Assembly (NCBI RefSeq): GCF_030684315.1
Contig: NW_026728203.1
Location: 1-64,000 of the forward strand
Direction of reading: 5' to 3'
DNA: 64,000 nucleotides
From: Stegostoma tigrinum
Lineage: Eukaryota
Shown here: piece by piece, positions 29,435 through 42,321 of the stretch
Numbering within the stretch: position 1 is the first letter of the stretch
Layout: each line of letters starts with the position of its first letter
Position numbers and translations under genes: made by a program
The notes under the pieces: model-generated
The model's input: the letters and a program-made list of their open reading frames with translations, nothing else
Told to the model about the DNA's origin: nothing
Database searches by the model: none

Positions 29435-30596
29435 ATAGAACATAGAACATTACAGCACAGTACAGGCCCTTCGGCCCTGACGTTGTGCCGACCTGTCATA
29501 CCGATCTGAAGCTCATCTAACCAACACTATTCCACGTACGTCCATATGCTTGTCCAATGACGACTTAAATGTACTTAAAGTTGGTGAATCTACGACCGTT
29601 GTAGGCAAAGCGTTCCATACCCTTCCTATTCTCTGAGTAAAGCAACTACCTCTGACATCTGTCCTATATCTTTCACCCCTCAATTTAAAGCTATGCCCCC
29701 TCGTGCTCGCCGTTTCCGTCCTAGGGAAAAGGCTCTCCCTATCCAACCTGTCTAACCCTTTGATTATCTTATATGTCTCAATTAAGTCACCTCTCAACCT
29801 TCTTCTCTCTAACGAGAACAGCCTCAAGTCCCTCAGCCTTTCCTCGTAAGACTTTCCCTCCATACCAGGCAACATCCTAGTAAACCTCCTCTGCACCCTT
29901 TCCAAAACTTCCACATCCTTCTTATAATGCGGTGACCAGAATTGTACGCAATGCTCCAAGTGCGGCCGCACCAGAGTTTTGTACAGCTGCAGCATAACCT
30001 CTTGGTTCCGGAACATGATCCCTGGATTCATAAAAGCTAAAACACTGTATGCCTTCTTAACAACCCTGTCAACCTGGGTGGCAACTTTCAAGGATCTGTG
30101 TACATGGTCACCGAGATCTCTCTGCTCATCTACACTACCAAGAATCTTACAGTACTTTGCCTTCCGGTTCCTCCTACCAAAGTACAACACCTCACACTTG
30201 TCCGCATTAACCTCCGTTTGCCACCTCTCAGCCCAGCTCTGCAACTTATCTACGTCTCTCTGTAACCTACAACATTCTTCGTCACTATCCACATCTCCAC
30301 CGACCTTCGTGTCGTCTGCAAATTTACTAACCCATCCTTCTACGTTTATAAAAATGACAAACAGCAGTGGACCCAGCACCGACCCTTGCGGTACACCGCG
30401 AGTAACCGGTCTCTAGGATGAACATTTCCCATCAACCACCACCCTGTCTTCTTTCAGCAAGCCAATTTCTGATCCAAACTGCTATATCTCCCACAATCCC
30501 ATTCCTCCGTATTTTGTACAATAGCCTAATCGAAAGCCTTGCCGAAATCCATATACACCACATCAACCGGTTTTCTCTCATCTACCTGTTTGGTCA
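29435..30596 (-). mobile_element. 5'-truncated CR1 (RT half of ORF2)
   Basis: ORF 29513-30379 with FADD; TATGTT target duplication at 29429-29434 and 30597-30602; empty site near 15615-15622. Confidence 0.92.
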
Positions 30597-32669
30597 TATG
30601 TTGCAATGGGAAAGTGATTGGCAACATCAATATCCTACCGAATAAATATCTAACTGCTCATTCACATATTATCCTTTCCAAAAAGCAGCTGTTTTTTGCT
30701 TTATCATGGATGATTTACTTCTACTACTAGGAATGTAATCATATTCCCCACTCTCGGTCCTGGAATGGAATTGAAAAGAAGCAGGATCTCTCTATCTACC
30801 CTATCAAATCCATGAATCCACTTGTAAATTTCAAGCACAGACATCCCTTCCACTTCTACACCGAGAGACTTGGGAAAACTATTATCATCGTAGCCAATTA
30901 ACTTTCTGCCCAGGTTCATTCCAGAAATTCTGTGCATAAGCATCTTTGGATTGAACCTACTGGAACAGTGCACTCCAGATGGGGTTGAACTAGGACTTGA
31001 CAATTTCACAAAAGAAGGCCCATCCCGAGGTATTGGACCCGGTCTGAGATCAGGCTCACCATGAGAGAATGTGGTGGCTTTCCTTCTTGAATTGCTGTTG
31101 CCTATTTGCTGTCGTCAGATCCATAATGTTCTGAGTGAGGGAATTCCAGGATTCTGATCCACCGACCCTGGAGCATGGCGGGTCACGTTTCCAACTCAGG
31201 ATGGCATGTCGCTTGGTGGAGTAGTTAGAGGGGGTGGTGTTCCCCTGTATCAGATGCTTTTCTCCCATGGCACGTAATTAGGGCTATGGAAAGTATTGTC
31301 TCAGGAGCGATGGTGGATTTCTGCAGCTTTTGGGAGGCAGTACACAGTGTACTCTGTGTGTGTCAGTGGTGCAAAGAATGAATCTCGTGGCTGGTGGGAG
31401 CGGGAGGCCATCACATTTCTGGAGTGGTGGACTGATCTTCTAATTCTGTGCAACAACTCTCTGGAGTTCTAGAATTAAGAAACTGATGAGTAGCATTAAA
31501 TTCAGTGTCAAAAATGCATCCTTACTTAGTCTGGCCTGCATATGACACTGCAACCACAGCAAAGCGTGACACTCTGACCTGGCTTTGGCGGGGGGCAATC
31601 GGAAATGGATAAATGGTGTCAGCTCAGAGACATCCTCATCCTTTTTATAAAGGAATCTGTCACCCCTGAGCATCAGTAATTCGGCAGCCAGAGTGCTCTG
31701 CAGGTGTAGGTACATTCCAGTCAGTCAATCTACATCAGGAGAGCTTATTTCCTTGCTAAGAATAGGAACTGCTGCTTTCTGCCAGTGGCATTTGGGTTCG
31801 AGCTTTATTTTCTCCTGGTGTCATGAGCATTTGGCGTCCTTAGACTGCAGAGAAGTGATGAAGTTCTAGCACAGGGGCTCGAAGGTGGGCTGCTTCATTA
31901 CGTAATCAGGATCATTGTCTAGAAGCAGAGAGACTGATACACAAGAAAACAAACTTTGCCATTCTCCTACAAACAGCCACTGCCCTCACTCCTTCCACCA
32001 CCGCAGCAAAAGAGAGAAACCGATTTCCCAGATCTGGACACAATTGCTTATCTAAATGCTAAAGATCAGTGCATCTGAAATGCTGGATGTTCTGCTATAT
32101 ATATTCCTGTTCCAAAAAGAGTGAATGTATGCTCAAATCATTAGATTTGAAGTGCGACAACAAAATTGCTGGAAAGCTTGGGTCCTGGGACTGAACAGTT
32201 TTCTCTCCACAGATGCTCCCCAAACTTGCTATTTCCTGCCCCTGCTGATTTACAAAAGAGACCTAAACATTTGCAAGGGCAGTGTCTAACATTGAGACAG
32301 GGGGCTGGTTTCACTGAAGATATTGACCAGAAGCTGGTTTGGAATAAAGAAGTCAATACAACACTGCTTACTAGCCAAAAAAACCCAAACTGAACACTTG
32401 TGGAATTTCCACTACAAGGATTGCCCACCTAATTCCTACAAACAAGAGAAAAGGAGCAAGCCAGTGGGGCAGGCATTGAATCAAAGGTTAATCAGAACAG
32501 AAAAACACTTCATGATCAGGTGTCAAACAGCAATACCAAGAGCCAGAAGCAGCTGTGAAATTATGCAAAGTACTCAGTTGCATGGTGAACACTATTTTAA
32601 TTTGCTCAGAGCACAACCAAGTTACTAGCATTATGTCACCATGTACAACATACACATTATTGACCCCAT

Positions 32670-34945
32670 TCAGCCGAGTGTGAGCCTGTCAAACAGGTAC
32701 TCTCCCATGCCATTGTCAGGGGCTCCCAGTCTCTTCAGGTTGGTGATGTGATCTCCCAGCTTCTTGATCATCTTCACTTGCTCATCCAAGTATTGCCTCT
32801 CCAGGAAGTCACACAGCTGGAAGAGAAAATTAATCCAGAGGATCAAAAGTGTCTGAAAGTGACCCCCATGACAGATGTGACCATCACAACCAGGTGGAGG
32901 TCCACTGAGGTGATGCATTTGTAAGTTTGTTTTAACAGCCTGCAGGAGGCTGGGAGAAGGTAATTGGATTTTTACCCAGAGAGTGCACAAACACACCACT
33001 TTCTTCCAAGAAGAAAGTTTACAAACTCACATGAGGGTCAGTGTGGCCAGAGGCGAGTTTGTGCAGATCCAGCAGACTCTGGTTCACATCCTTCTCCATC
33101 TGCAGAGCTCTCTGCATTGCCTCCAGACCACTGCCCCACTCATCCTGCTCTGGCTTCTGGAGGGAGGGAAGCAGGAACAGAAAGCACAGTTCAGCAGGCA
33201 GTTGTATCATTAGTCTACATCTGATCAGTTAGTTATCCCTCATCATTGTAGGGGAGGTACTGCAAACCAACTTTAATTTGAAGACAACAACTAGATTTTG
33301 TACTGAGGGAATAACAAATTTTCTAAACACATTCTACTGTTAATGTAGATTCTCAGAATTCACATGTAGAGAATAGGTACCAATGGAAGTAGTTCCTGGC
33401 TTCACTATTGTGGTGTTAGAAACATCTTCCAGATTCAGAAAGGCTGGACACTGCTACTTTCCACAGTGCAACAATTTCCTGTCTTAGCTTTTGTTACCTC
33501 ATTCTGTCTGAAGGAGAGTCATTCACATTGATATCTACTCACTATTCTGGTTCCTCTCAATTGCCCTCATAAGTGCAGAGTATTTCCTTTCAACCTAAAG
33601 GAATCCTATTTTGGTGAACACCCTCCCCTTCACACAGTATTTGTTCAAGGCTAAAGCTAAATAGATGGAGATACCAGTCGATTGTAGCTGCTCACAAAAA
33701 GCTGCAAACAGAAGGCTTCAGAATCTAACCTTAATGTCCTGCAGGAGGACTCGACCTCCACGTTTATTCTGGAATGCCATCAGTTTCTCAGCGTGTTCCC
33801 GTTCCTCATGGGACTGCTCCTTGAAGAACTCAGCAAAGTGATGCAGGGCAACATCATCCCGGTCAAAGTAAGAGAACTGTGGGAAGAGAGGCTGAAAGGA
33901 AACTGTCTGAAATTCATGAATGACACTCCTCACTCTGGAACTAACCTGGGCACCATCTGGATTCCACATTTAAGTGGTTAAAAAAACAGACAAAGCAGGA
34001 AGTCACCTTCCATGGATGATGAAGGGGAGAGCTGTCTAGAGCCATTAGACATCCGTGCTCTGCAGGTTAGAAACACTATTGTTCAGGAGGTGGAGACCAG
34101 TTCGGCCCCTGTCCAACTGAATGAAGGGACATGTGTTCATTAACACAACCAGAAAGCTCAGTCAGCAGTCTCATTATCACTATCACCCACCTGAATAACC
34201 GCAGTGTCCTACCACCCACTCCACAGAATTTTAACTGCTTTGTTAGAGAGAGAAAGAAAAAAAAACACATACATAGTCTGAAAATGTGCCCCTTTCCTCA
34301 CATTGCATAGCTCAAAGCCACTTCTGAGAAAGGGTCAATGGACCCAGAGCTTGGATTTCTTCCAGCTCTGTAGAGCTTTTCTAGCTATTTTTGTTAGTGT
34401 TTAATGTCTAGCAGCAGCTGTTCTTTTAGTTCAGGGAACTTGACATCTTGAGCACAAGACAGTCCGGTGAATAGGGCAAGGTTTTAAAAAAGGAGTATAT
34501 TTGTGTCAGGAAAAGCTTTTGTTGAGAAAAGGAATACAACCAAAGTTTTACAAAAATTAATTATTGACCAAGACCAGATCATCCCTCCAGAGTTAGATGA
34601 AAAAAATCACCAAGGGTTACATTGTCCAGAGACAGCAAGCTGGGCATCCACATCCAGGAGCCAGTTGGACATGAAGACAGTGGTCAAGTTTTGAACAGAG
34701 AGTCAGTGATAAGACCTGCACTAGATTACAACAGGGGAAGGGCCACAGAAAATAATACATGTTACAGCTAATTCATTAACCCAGCATAAAAACCAAACAG
34801 GTCAACACTATCATAGCACAGGCTTCAATTCCACAAAGCTCACCATGGAGAGGTAAACATAGGAGGAATAGAGCTCCAGGTTGATCTGCTTGTTAACAGC
34901 ATCCTCACAGTCCTGGTGGTAGTTCTGACACACTTGGGAAACCAT
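32670..34945 (-). CDS. Ferritin heavy/middle-type subunit, gene 5 (type A, duplicate of gene 1), intact, 173 aa
   Basis: Exons 34844-34945, 33730-33876, 33031-33156, 32670-32816; ends DRLTLG-TGA. Confidence 0.95.
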
Positions 34946-35261
34946 CTTCACTATTCCTGCTCACAAGCACCAAGAAAACTCTAGAACTAAGTCTCTCTCT
35001 CCCACAGGCTCTTGTATTTATAGTCCTGGGACCATCCTGCAGTCACACAGAGAGAGGCAGAACTGATGATGACTGACAGTTGCTGGTGGCCAATCAGGAA
35101 CCACCCCTGCATACAGGCACCAATGAGAGAGAGGGGGAGGGTGTGTTAAGCAGAGCTGATCAGAGGTGGAGATGAGAGCCAGGTCTGGATGGTTATTCTG
35201 TGATTGGAACAGCAGGAGGCCATTCGGCATCTCAAACCTTCTGCACCACTCAATCAGGTCA
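34946..35261 (-). promoter_or_regulatory. 5' UTR and promoter of gene 5
   Basis: TATAAATA at 35015-35022; same as gene 1 promoter. Confidence 0.75.
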
Positions 35262-37885
35262 TGGGTCATTTGGTTCTTTTTTAAAATAAGTCAATTTGGT
35301 TTGAGAAAAGTTTTCACATTTTTTTTAATTAAGGTGGTTGTGAGCAACTGCACGAGGGATTCAATGAGGAAGAGGGGCATCAGTTTCTCAGCTTGTTATG
35401 CTGGGATTTGGGAAAGAAAGTTGGGAAATTGTCTCTGGATCATAGAAAATTGTAACAGTGTCAGCTGTGGAAAAGACAGGAAGGATGTTCCTGATTATGG
35501 GGGAGTTCAGGACCAGGGTTTGCAGTCTAAGGATACATTTAGAACTGAGGTGAGGAGAAATCTCTTCACCTCGGGGGGCGGGGTGGTGGATCCTGTGGAA
35601 TTCTCTGCCACAGAAAAGGATTGAAGCCAAAACAGGAATTGGGGAGAGCTTTGAGGGCTGGATCAAAAGGGAATGCAGAGAGGGTGAGAATATGGTGCTG
35701 AGTTATGGAATCAGCCACAATCACATGGAATGGCAGAGCAGGCTGGAAGGGATGAATGGCCGACTCAACATTTATTTTCTATGATTCCACGTTTGTGCAA
35801 CTAGCGCAGCCAGGGTCTTGTGGTTAAGGGGTCATGTCCCTAGCTGTGGACCAGGAGGCCTTGGTACAAGTTCCTACCAGATCCAGAGATCTTAAATCAT
35901 CTCTACAGGCAGATTTAGAAAACAACCAGAACAGGTACAGGCACAAAGGACCGAATGGCCTCCTGCTGTGCCATAACAATTCTCCGATTCTGTGGTGGGT
36001 CTGTACCTGAGCAGAATCTCCCTGCCTCCAGCTCCTGCCCGTGGATTGTCACCTCGCAGTGATGGAAAGCCTCGAGTGTTCTGTTGGTTCTCAGAGTGAT
36101 AAGTGAAGAGGATTTCACCTCCTGGCAGGGCCACCCAGGATGGTACGATCGAGGGGAGGGTCCTGATAAAGTGCAATGCAAAACCAGTCCCCAGCGGCCA
36201 TCCAGGTGGAAGATAGGTGTGTGCGATCGTTGGCTGTGACAGTGGGTGTTGGTCAGCAGTGGGGGGATCCCCAGTCAACATTTCTTTGCCAGTGGAACTG
36301 GGTCTACCTTGTGTAAAGGACCATGTCTCTGCTGGCGTGTAACAGCTTTCCCACATTAAAGGTGCCTTCTACAGGTGGAATTCAAACCCCGTCCCCAAAC
36401 TCTCAGAATTTCCTGAGTGGAAATTCAGAGCGTTTTTCACAACAGGAGGCCGTTCAGCCCACCGTTCCTGTAATAGCTTCTGAAAGAGCTACCTGATTAG
36501 TCTCACTTTCCAGCCCTATCTCTGTCACTCTCTAAATTCGTCACTTCCAACGACATATCCAACTCTTGTTCTGAAACCAACCATGGAATCGACCTCCGTC
36601 ACTCTCCCAGGCAGCACATTCCAAATCCGAACAACTTTCTGAGCAAAGAGTTTTCTAACCATTTCACTCTGATCTCCCCTACTGACAAACTGTGACCCCT
36701 CGTCACTGACAAGTCAACTGCTGAAATCAGAATATCCTGCTTTACTCTGACAAAATTGATCATAGTTTTGATCACGTCAATAAGGTCACCTACAAGGAGA
36801 TTTCCCCCATTTTCCTTAATCTTTCCGTGTATCTAAAATTCCCCATTCCTGGGGTCATTGTAATAAATCACCTTTGAACACTTTTGAGGTTTTTCACATC
36901 CTTCCTTGAATGTCACGCCCAGAACTGAGTACATAATGGAAATGTGGTCTAACCAATGATTTGTAGAGGTGTAACATCAATTCGTTGCTTTTATACTCGA
37001 TGCCTCAATTTGAAAACACAAGGTTCACAAAAGTGGCTCAATCTCCATTAATAACAGCTTCATCCTGCCTGACCACTTTCAGATAATCACATACTTGAAA
37101 CTGAAAGTCGCTGAGCTCCTGTACTCACATCAGATTTGTAACATCGAGCCTGTTTTGACTTTGTGTTTCTTTGACAAAAATGCATTACTCACTTTTTTTT
37201 GTTGAAATTGGAAAGTGATTGGCAACATCAAACCTTGTGCAGTAAATATCTGTGTGTGCAGATATTGTCCTTTCCACAAAGAAATTGTTTTTGATATTAT
37301 CCTGGATGATGTAGTTCTAATGTGAAGATTGTCATCCCATTCTGCGCACAGTCCGAGATGATCATTGAGAAGAAATGGGTTCTTTCCTCTCTACCCTGTC
37401 AAATCCATTAATCCTCTGAAAATTATCAATTACAGCCATCCCTTAACTTCCTACACAGAGGGACTGGACAAGCCGTTATCATGAATTAACCATCTCTCTG
37501 TCCAGGTTACTTCCAGAAATTCCGTGCATAACCATCTTTGGGTCGAACCTGCCAGAACTGTGCACTCCGGCTGTGGTTGAACAGGAACTTGACCATTTCA
37601 CCAAAACCTCTTCATCCAGAGGTATTTGAACCCCTCAGAGATCAGGGCCAACATTAGTTTAGAGAATGTGGTGACTTGCCTTCTTGCATTACTGTTGCCC
37701 ATTTGGTGTAATCAAACCCATACTGCTGTTAGGGAGGGAACCTGGGAGCGATGTTTCCAACACCAGCTGATCGGTGGTTTGGTGTAGAACGTGGTGTTAG
37801 AACATAGAACATAGAACAGTACAGCACAGAACAGGCCCTTCAGCCCACAATGTTGTGCCGACCATTGATCCTCATGGATGCACCC

Positions 37886-40785
37886 TCAAATTTCTGTGAC
37901 CATATGCATGTCCAGCAGTCTCTTAAATGACCCCAATGACCTTGCTTCCACAACTGCTGCTGGCAACGCATTCCATGCTCTCACAACTCTCTGCGTAAAG
38001 AACCTGCCTCTGACATCCCCTCTATACTTTCCACCAACCAGCTTAAAACTATGACCCCTCGTGCTAGCCATTTCTGCCCTGGGAAATAGTCTCTGGCTAT
38101 CGACTCTATCTATGCCTCTCATTATCTTGTATACCTCAATTAGGTCCCCTCTCCTCCTCCTTTTCTCCAATGAAAAGAGACCGAGCTCAGTCAACCTCTC
38201 TTCATAAGATAAGCCCTCCAGTCCAGGCAGCATCCTGGTAAACCTCCTCTGAACCCTCTCCAAAGCATCCACATCTTTCCTATAATAGGGCGCCCAGAAC
38301 TGGACGCAGTATTCCAAGTGCGGTCTAACCAAAGTTTTATAGAGCTGCAACAAGATCTCACGACTCTTAAACTCAATCCCCCTGTTAATGAAAGCCAAAA
38401 CACCATATGCTTTCTTAACAACCCTGTCCACTTGGGTGGCCATTTTAAGGGATCTATGTATCTGCACACCAAGATCCCTCTGTTCCTCCACGCTGCCAAG
38501 AATCCTATCCTTAATCCTGTACTCAGTTTTCAAATTCGACCTTCCAAAATGCATCACCTCGCATTTATCCAGGTTGAACTCCATCTGCCACCTCTCAGCC
38601 CATCTCTGCATCCTGTCAATGTCCCGCTGCAGCCTACAACAGCCCTCTACACTGTCAACGACACCTCCGACCTTTGTGTCGTCTGCAAACTTGCTGACCC
38701 ATCCTTCAATTCCCTCGTCCAAGTCATTAATAAAAATTACAAACAGTAGAGGCCCAAGGACAGAGCCCTGTGGAACCCCACTCACCACTGACTTCCAGGC
38801 AGAATATTTTCCTTCTACTACCACTCGCTGTCTTCTGTTGGCCAGCCAATTCTGTATCCAAGCAGCTAAGTTCCCCTGTATCCCATTCCTCCTGACCTTC
38901 TGAATGAGCCTTCCATGGGGAACCTTATCAAATGCCTTACTGAAGTCCATATACACCACATCCACAGCTTGACCCTCATCAACCTTACTAGTCACATCCT
39001 CAAAAAACTCGATAAGGTTTGTAAGGCATGACCTACCCCTCACAAAGCCGTGTTGACTGTATTTGATCAAGCCATGCTCTTCCAGATGGTCATAAATCTT
39101 ATCCCTCAGAATCCTTTCTAACACCTTGCAGACGACAGACGTGAGACTTACCGGTCTATAATTGCCGGGGATTTCCCTATTTCCTTTCTTGAAGAGAGGA
39201 ATTACATTTGCCTCTCTCCAGTCCTCAGGTACGACTCCAGTGGAGAGCGAGGATGCAAAGATCTTCGCAAGTGGCGAAGCAATTGCATTTCTCGCTTCCC
39301 AAAGCAGCCGAGGACAAATCTGATCCGGGCCTGGCGACTTGTCAATCTTAATGTTTGACAAAATTTTCAGTACATCAGCTTCCTCTATCTCTATCCATTC
39401 CAGCATGCACACCTGCTCTTCAAAAGGTTTCATTCACTACACAGGTCGTTTCTTTCGTAAAGACAGAAGCAAAAAACTCATTTAGGGCTTCCCCTACCTC
39501 CTCAGGCTCCACACACAAGTTCCCTATGCTATCCCTGATCGGCCCTACTCTTTCTTTGACCATTCTCTTATTCCTCACGTAAGTGTAAAATGCCTTTGTG
39601 TTTTCCCGGATTCCTTCTGCCAAGCCTTTCTCGTGCCCCCTCCTGGCTCTCCTCAGACCATTTTTGAGCTCCTTCCTTGCCTGCATGTAATCCTCTCTAG
39701 CTGAACTTGACCCTAGCTTCCTCCACCTTATGTAAGCTACCTTCTTCCTTTTCACTAGAAGCTCCACCGCTCTCGTCATCCAAGGTTCCTTTATCTTACC
39801 CCGTCTTGCCTGTCTCAGAGGGACATATTTACTCATCACTCCCAACAACTGTTCCTTAAACCATCTCCACATGTCTATAGTTCCCTTACCATGGAACAAC
39901 TGCTCCCAGTCCATGCTTCCTAACTCGTGTCTAATCGCATCATAGTTTCCTCTTCCCCAATTAAATATCCTCCCATTCTGCCTAATCCTCTCCTTCTCCA
40001 TAGCTATGTAGAATGAGAGAGTGTTATGGTCACTATCACCAAAATGCTCTCCCACCACAAGATCTGATACCTGCCCCGGCTCGTTTCCGAGCACCAAGTC
40101 TAGAATGGCCTCTCCCCTCGTCGGCCTGTCAACGTACTGCGTTAGGAAACCCTCCTGAACACACCTTACAAAAACAGCTCCATTCAAATCCTTCTGCTCG
40201 AAGGAGGTTCCAATCAATATTAGGAAAGTTAAAGTCACCCATTACAACAACCCTACTGCGTCCACACTTTTCCAAAATCTGTCGACCTATGCTTTCTACA
40301 ATCTCCCTGCTGCTATTGGGGGGCCTGTAGTAAACCCCTAACGAGGTGACTACTCCCTTGCTGTTCCTAATTTCCACCCATACTGACTCAGTAGGCAGAT
40401 CTTCCTCGACAATGGAAGCTTCTGTAGCTGTGATACCCTCTCTGATTAGTAGTGCTACACCCCCTCCTCTTTTTCCCCCCTCCCTATTCTTTTTAAATGT
40501 TCTAAACCCTGGAATATCCAGCAACCATTCCAGCCCATGAGAAACCCATGTCTCTGTTATGGCCACAACATCATAGCACCAGGTACTGATCCATGCTCTA
40601 AGTTCATCACTTTTATTCCTGATACTCCTTGCATTAAAGCAAACACACTTTAACCGATCCCTTGGTTCCTTCCCAGGAAAATCCTTCCCACTAGCTGGTC
40701 TACCTCTTGCTACTGCCTCACCTGCATCAACGCTCACCTCTGGTATACAGCTCAGGTTCCCACCCCCCTGCCATACTAGTTTAAA
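37886..40785 (-). pseudogene. CR1 ORF2 (APE + RT) with the same two frameshifts
   Basis: ORFs 40129-40896, 39420-40238, 37886-39433 identical to copy 1. Confidence 0.9.
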
Positions 40786-41711
40786 CCCTCTCGAACTACT
40801 CGAGCAAACCTTCCACCCAGGACATTGGTCCCCTTCCAGTTCAGATGCAACCCGTCCTTCTTGTACAGGTCCCACCTTCCCCAGAAGGCATCCCAATTAT
40901 CAACATATCTGAAACCCTCCCTCCTACACCAGCTGCGTAGCCACGTGTTCAGCTGCGCCCGCTCCCTGTTCCTCACCTCGCTATCTCGTGGCACTGGTAG
41001 TAAACCAGAGAACACTACTCTGTTCGTCCTGCTCTGCAGCTTCCATCCTAACTCCCTGAAATCACTTTTTATATCCTCAAACCTATTTCTGGCTATATCA
41101 TTTGTGCCAATATGTAACACGATTTCTGGCTGTTCACCCTCCCCTTTCAGAACTTTATACACCCGATCGGAGACGTCCCGGACCCTGGCACCAGGGAGGC
41201 AACATACCTTCCGGGAATCCCGATCTTGCCCACAAAATCTCCTGTCGATTCCCCTAACTATCGAGTCCCCTACCACGAGTACTTTTCTATTCTGCCCCCT
41301 TCCCTTCTTTGCCACAGTGTCAGGCTCAGTGCCAGAGAACTGACTACTATGGCTTTCCTCTGGTAGGTCAACCCCCCCAGCAGTATCCAAAACGGTATAC
41401 TTATTGCTGAGGGGAATGCCCACAGGGGATCTCTGCCCTGTCTGTCTGTCCCCTTTCCTCCCCCTAACTGTAACCCATCTATCCTCGTCCTGAGCCTTAG
41501 GAGTGACCAACTCCCGATAACTCCTCTCAATTACCCCCTCTGCCTCCCGAATGATCCGTAGTTCATCCAGCTCCAGCTCCATTTCCCTAACACGGTTTTC
41601 AAGGAGCTGTAGCTGGGTGCACTTCCCGCAGATGTAGCCAGCGGAGACGTGTGCCACATCTCCCAACTGCCACATTTTGCAGGAGGAGCAAGCAACTGCC
41701 CTAGCATCCAT
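40776..41711 (-). CDS. CR1 ORF1p (zinc finger, coiled coil, SGNH esterase), copy 2
   Basis: 311 aa; differs from copy 1 by QTVQR > QTGQR. Confidence 0.9.
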   Translation of the reverse strand: MDARAVACSSCKMWQLGDVAHVSAGYICGKCTQLQLLENRVREMELELDELRIIREAEGVIERSYRELVTPKAQDEDRWVTVRGRKGDRQTGQRSPVGIPLSNKYTVLDTAGGVDLPEESHSSQFSGTEPDTVAKKGRGQNRKVLVVGDSIVRGIDRRFCGQDRDSRKVCCLPGARVRDVSDRVYKVLKGEGEQPEIVLHIGTNDIARNRFEDIKSDFRELGWKLQSRTNRVVFSGLLPVPRDSEVRNRERAQLNTWLRSWCRREGFRYVDNWDAFWGRWDLYKKDGLHLNWKGTNVLGGRFARVVREGLN

Positions 41712-41912
41712 ACCCCACTTATCTGAACACCCACTCAGTACTAAAGCAGAAAGCTCACTTCAAGTAATAATAACAAATTAATAACAAACTTATGTTCAAT
41801 AGAGAAAGTTTAGAATGAACCTTACCTTATTAACTAGGTTAGAGGAGGAGGGCGGGTGGGAGACACTACAGTTGTAGAGTCTCGGGTTAAGCCGCCTTGC
41901 TGATATATATGG

Positions 41913-42321
41913 TCACTGCTTTCCTTCCCGGCTGCCCCTCTGGTCCTCGTCACTTCCTCTGATGCTCCCGCTCCTTCTCTGAAAGAGCAAAAAAAAACAC
42001 CGCTGCCCGCTACCGGTAAGTAATTTTAAAAATAAACTGCTTTACCTTAGCTGCAGTCTTCCGGGTCCGTCTTGCCTCCGCTGCTGCTCGCACTCAAAAA
42101 GGCCGTTGGCGTCGAAGGGTGAGTATTTATACTCACTGCTTTCCTTCCCGGCTGCCCCTCTGGTCCTCGTCACTTCCTCTGATGCTCCCGCTCCTTCTCT
42201 GAAAGAGCAAAAAAAAACACCGCTGCCCGCTACCGGTAAGTAGTTTTAAAAATAAACTGCTTTACCTTAGCTGCAGTCTTCCGGGTCCGTCTTGCCTCCG
42301 CTGCTGCTCGCACTCAAAAAG
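41913..42321. repeat. Two 189-bp direct repeats at LINE copy 2 5' end
   Basis: Same as 9192-9600 plus 32,721. Confidence 0.9.

Larger units (their letters stand above)
37799..42320 (-). mobile_element. Full-length CR1 LINE, copy 2 (duplicated with its flanks)
   Basis: Same sequence and flanks as 5078-9599. Confidence 0.95.
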
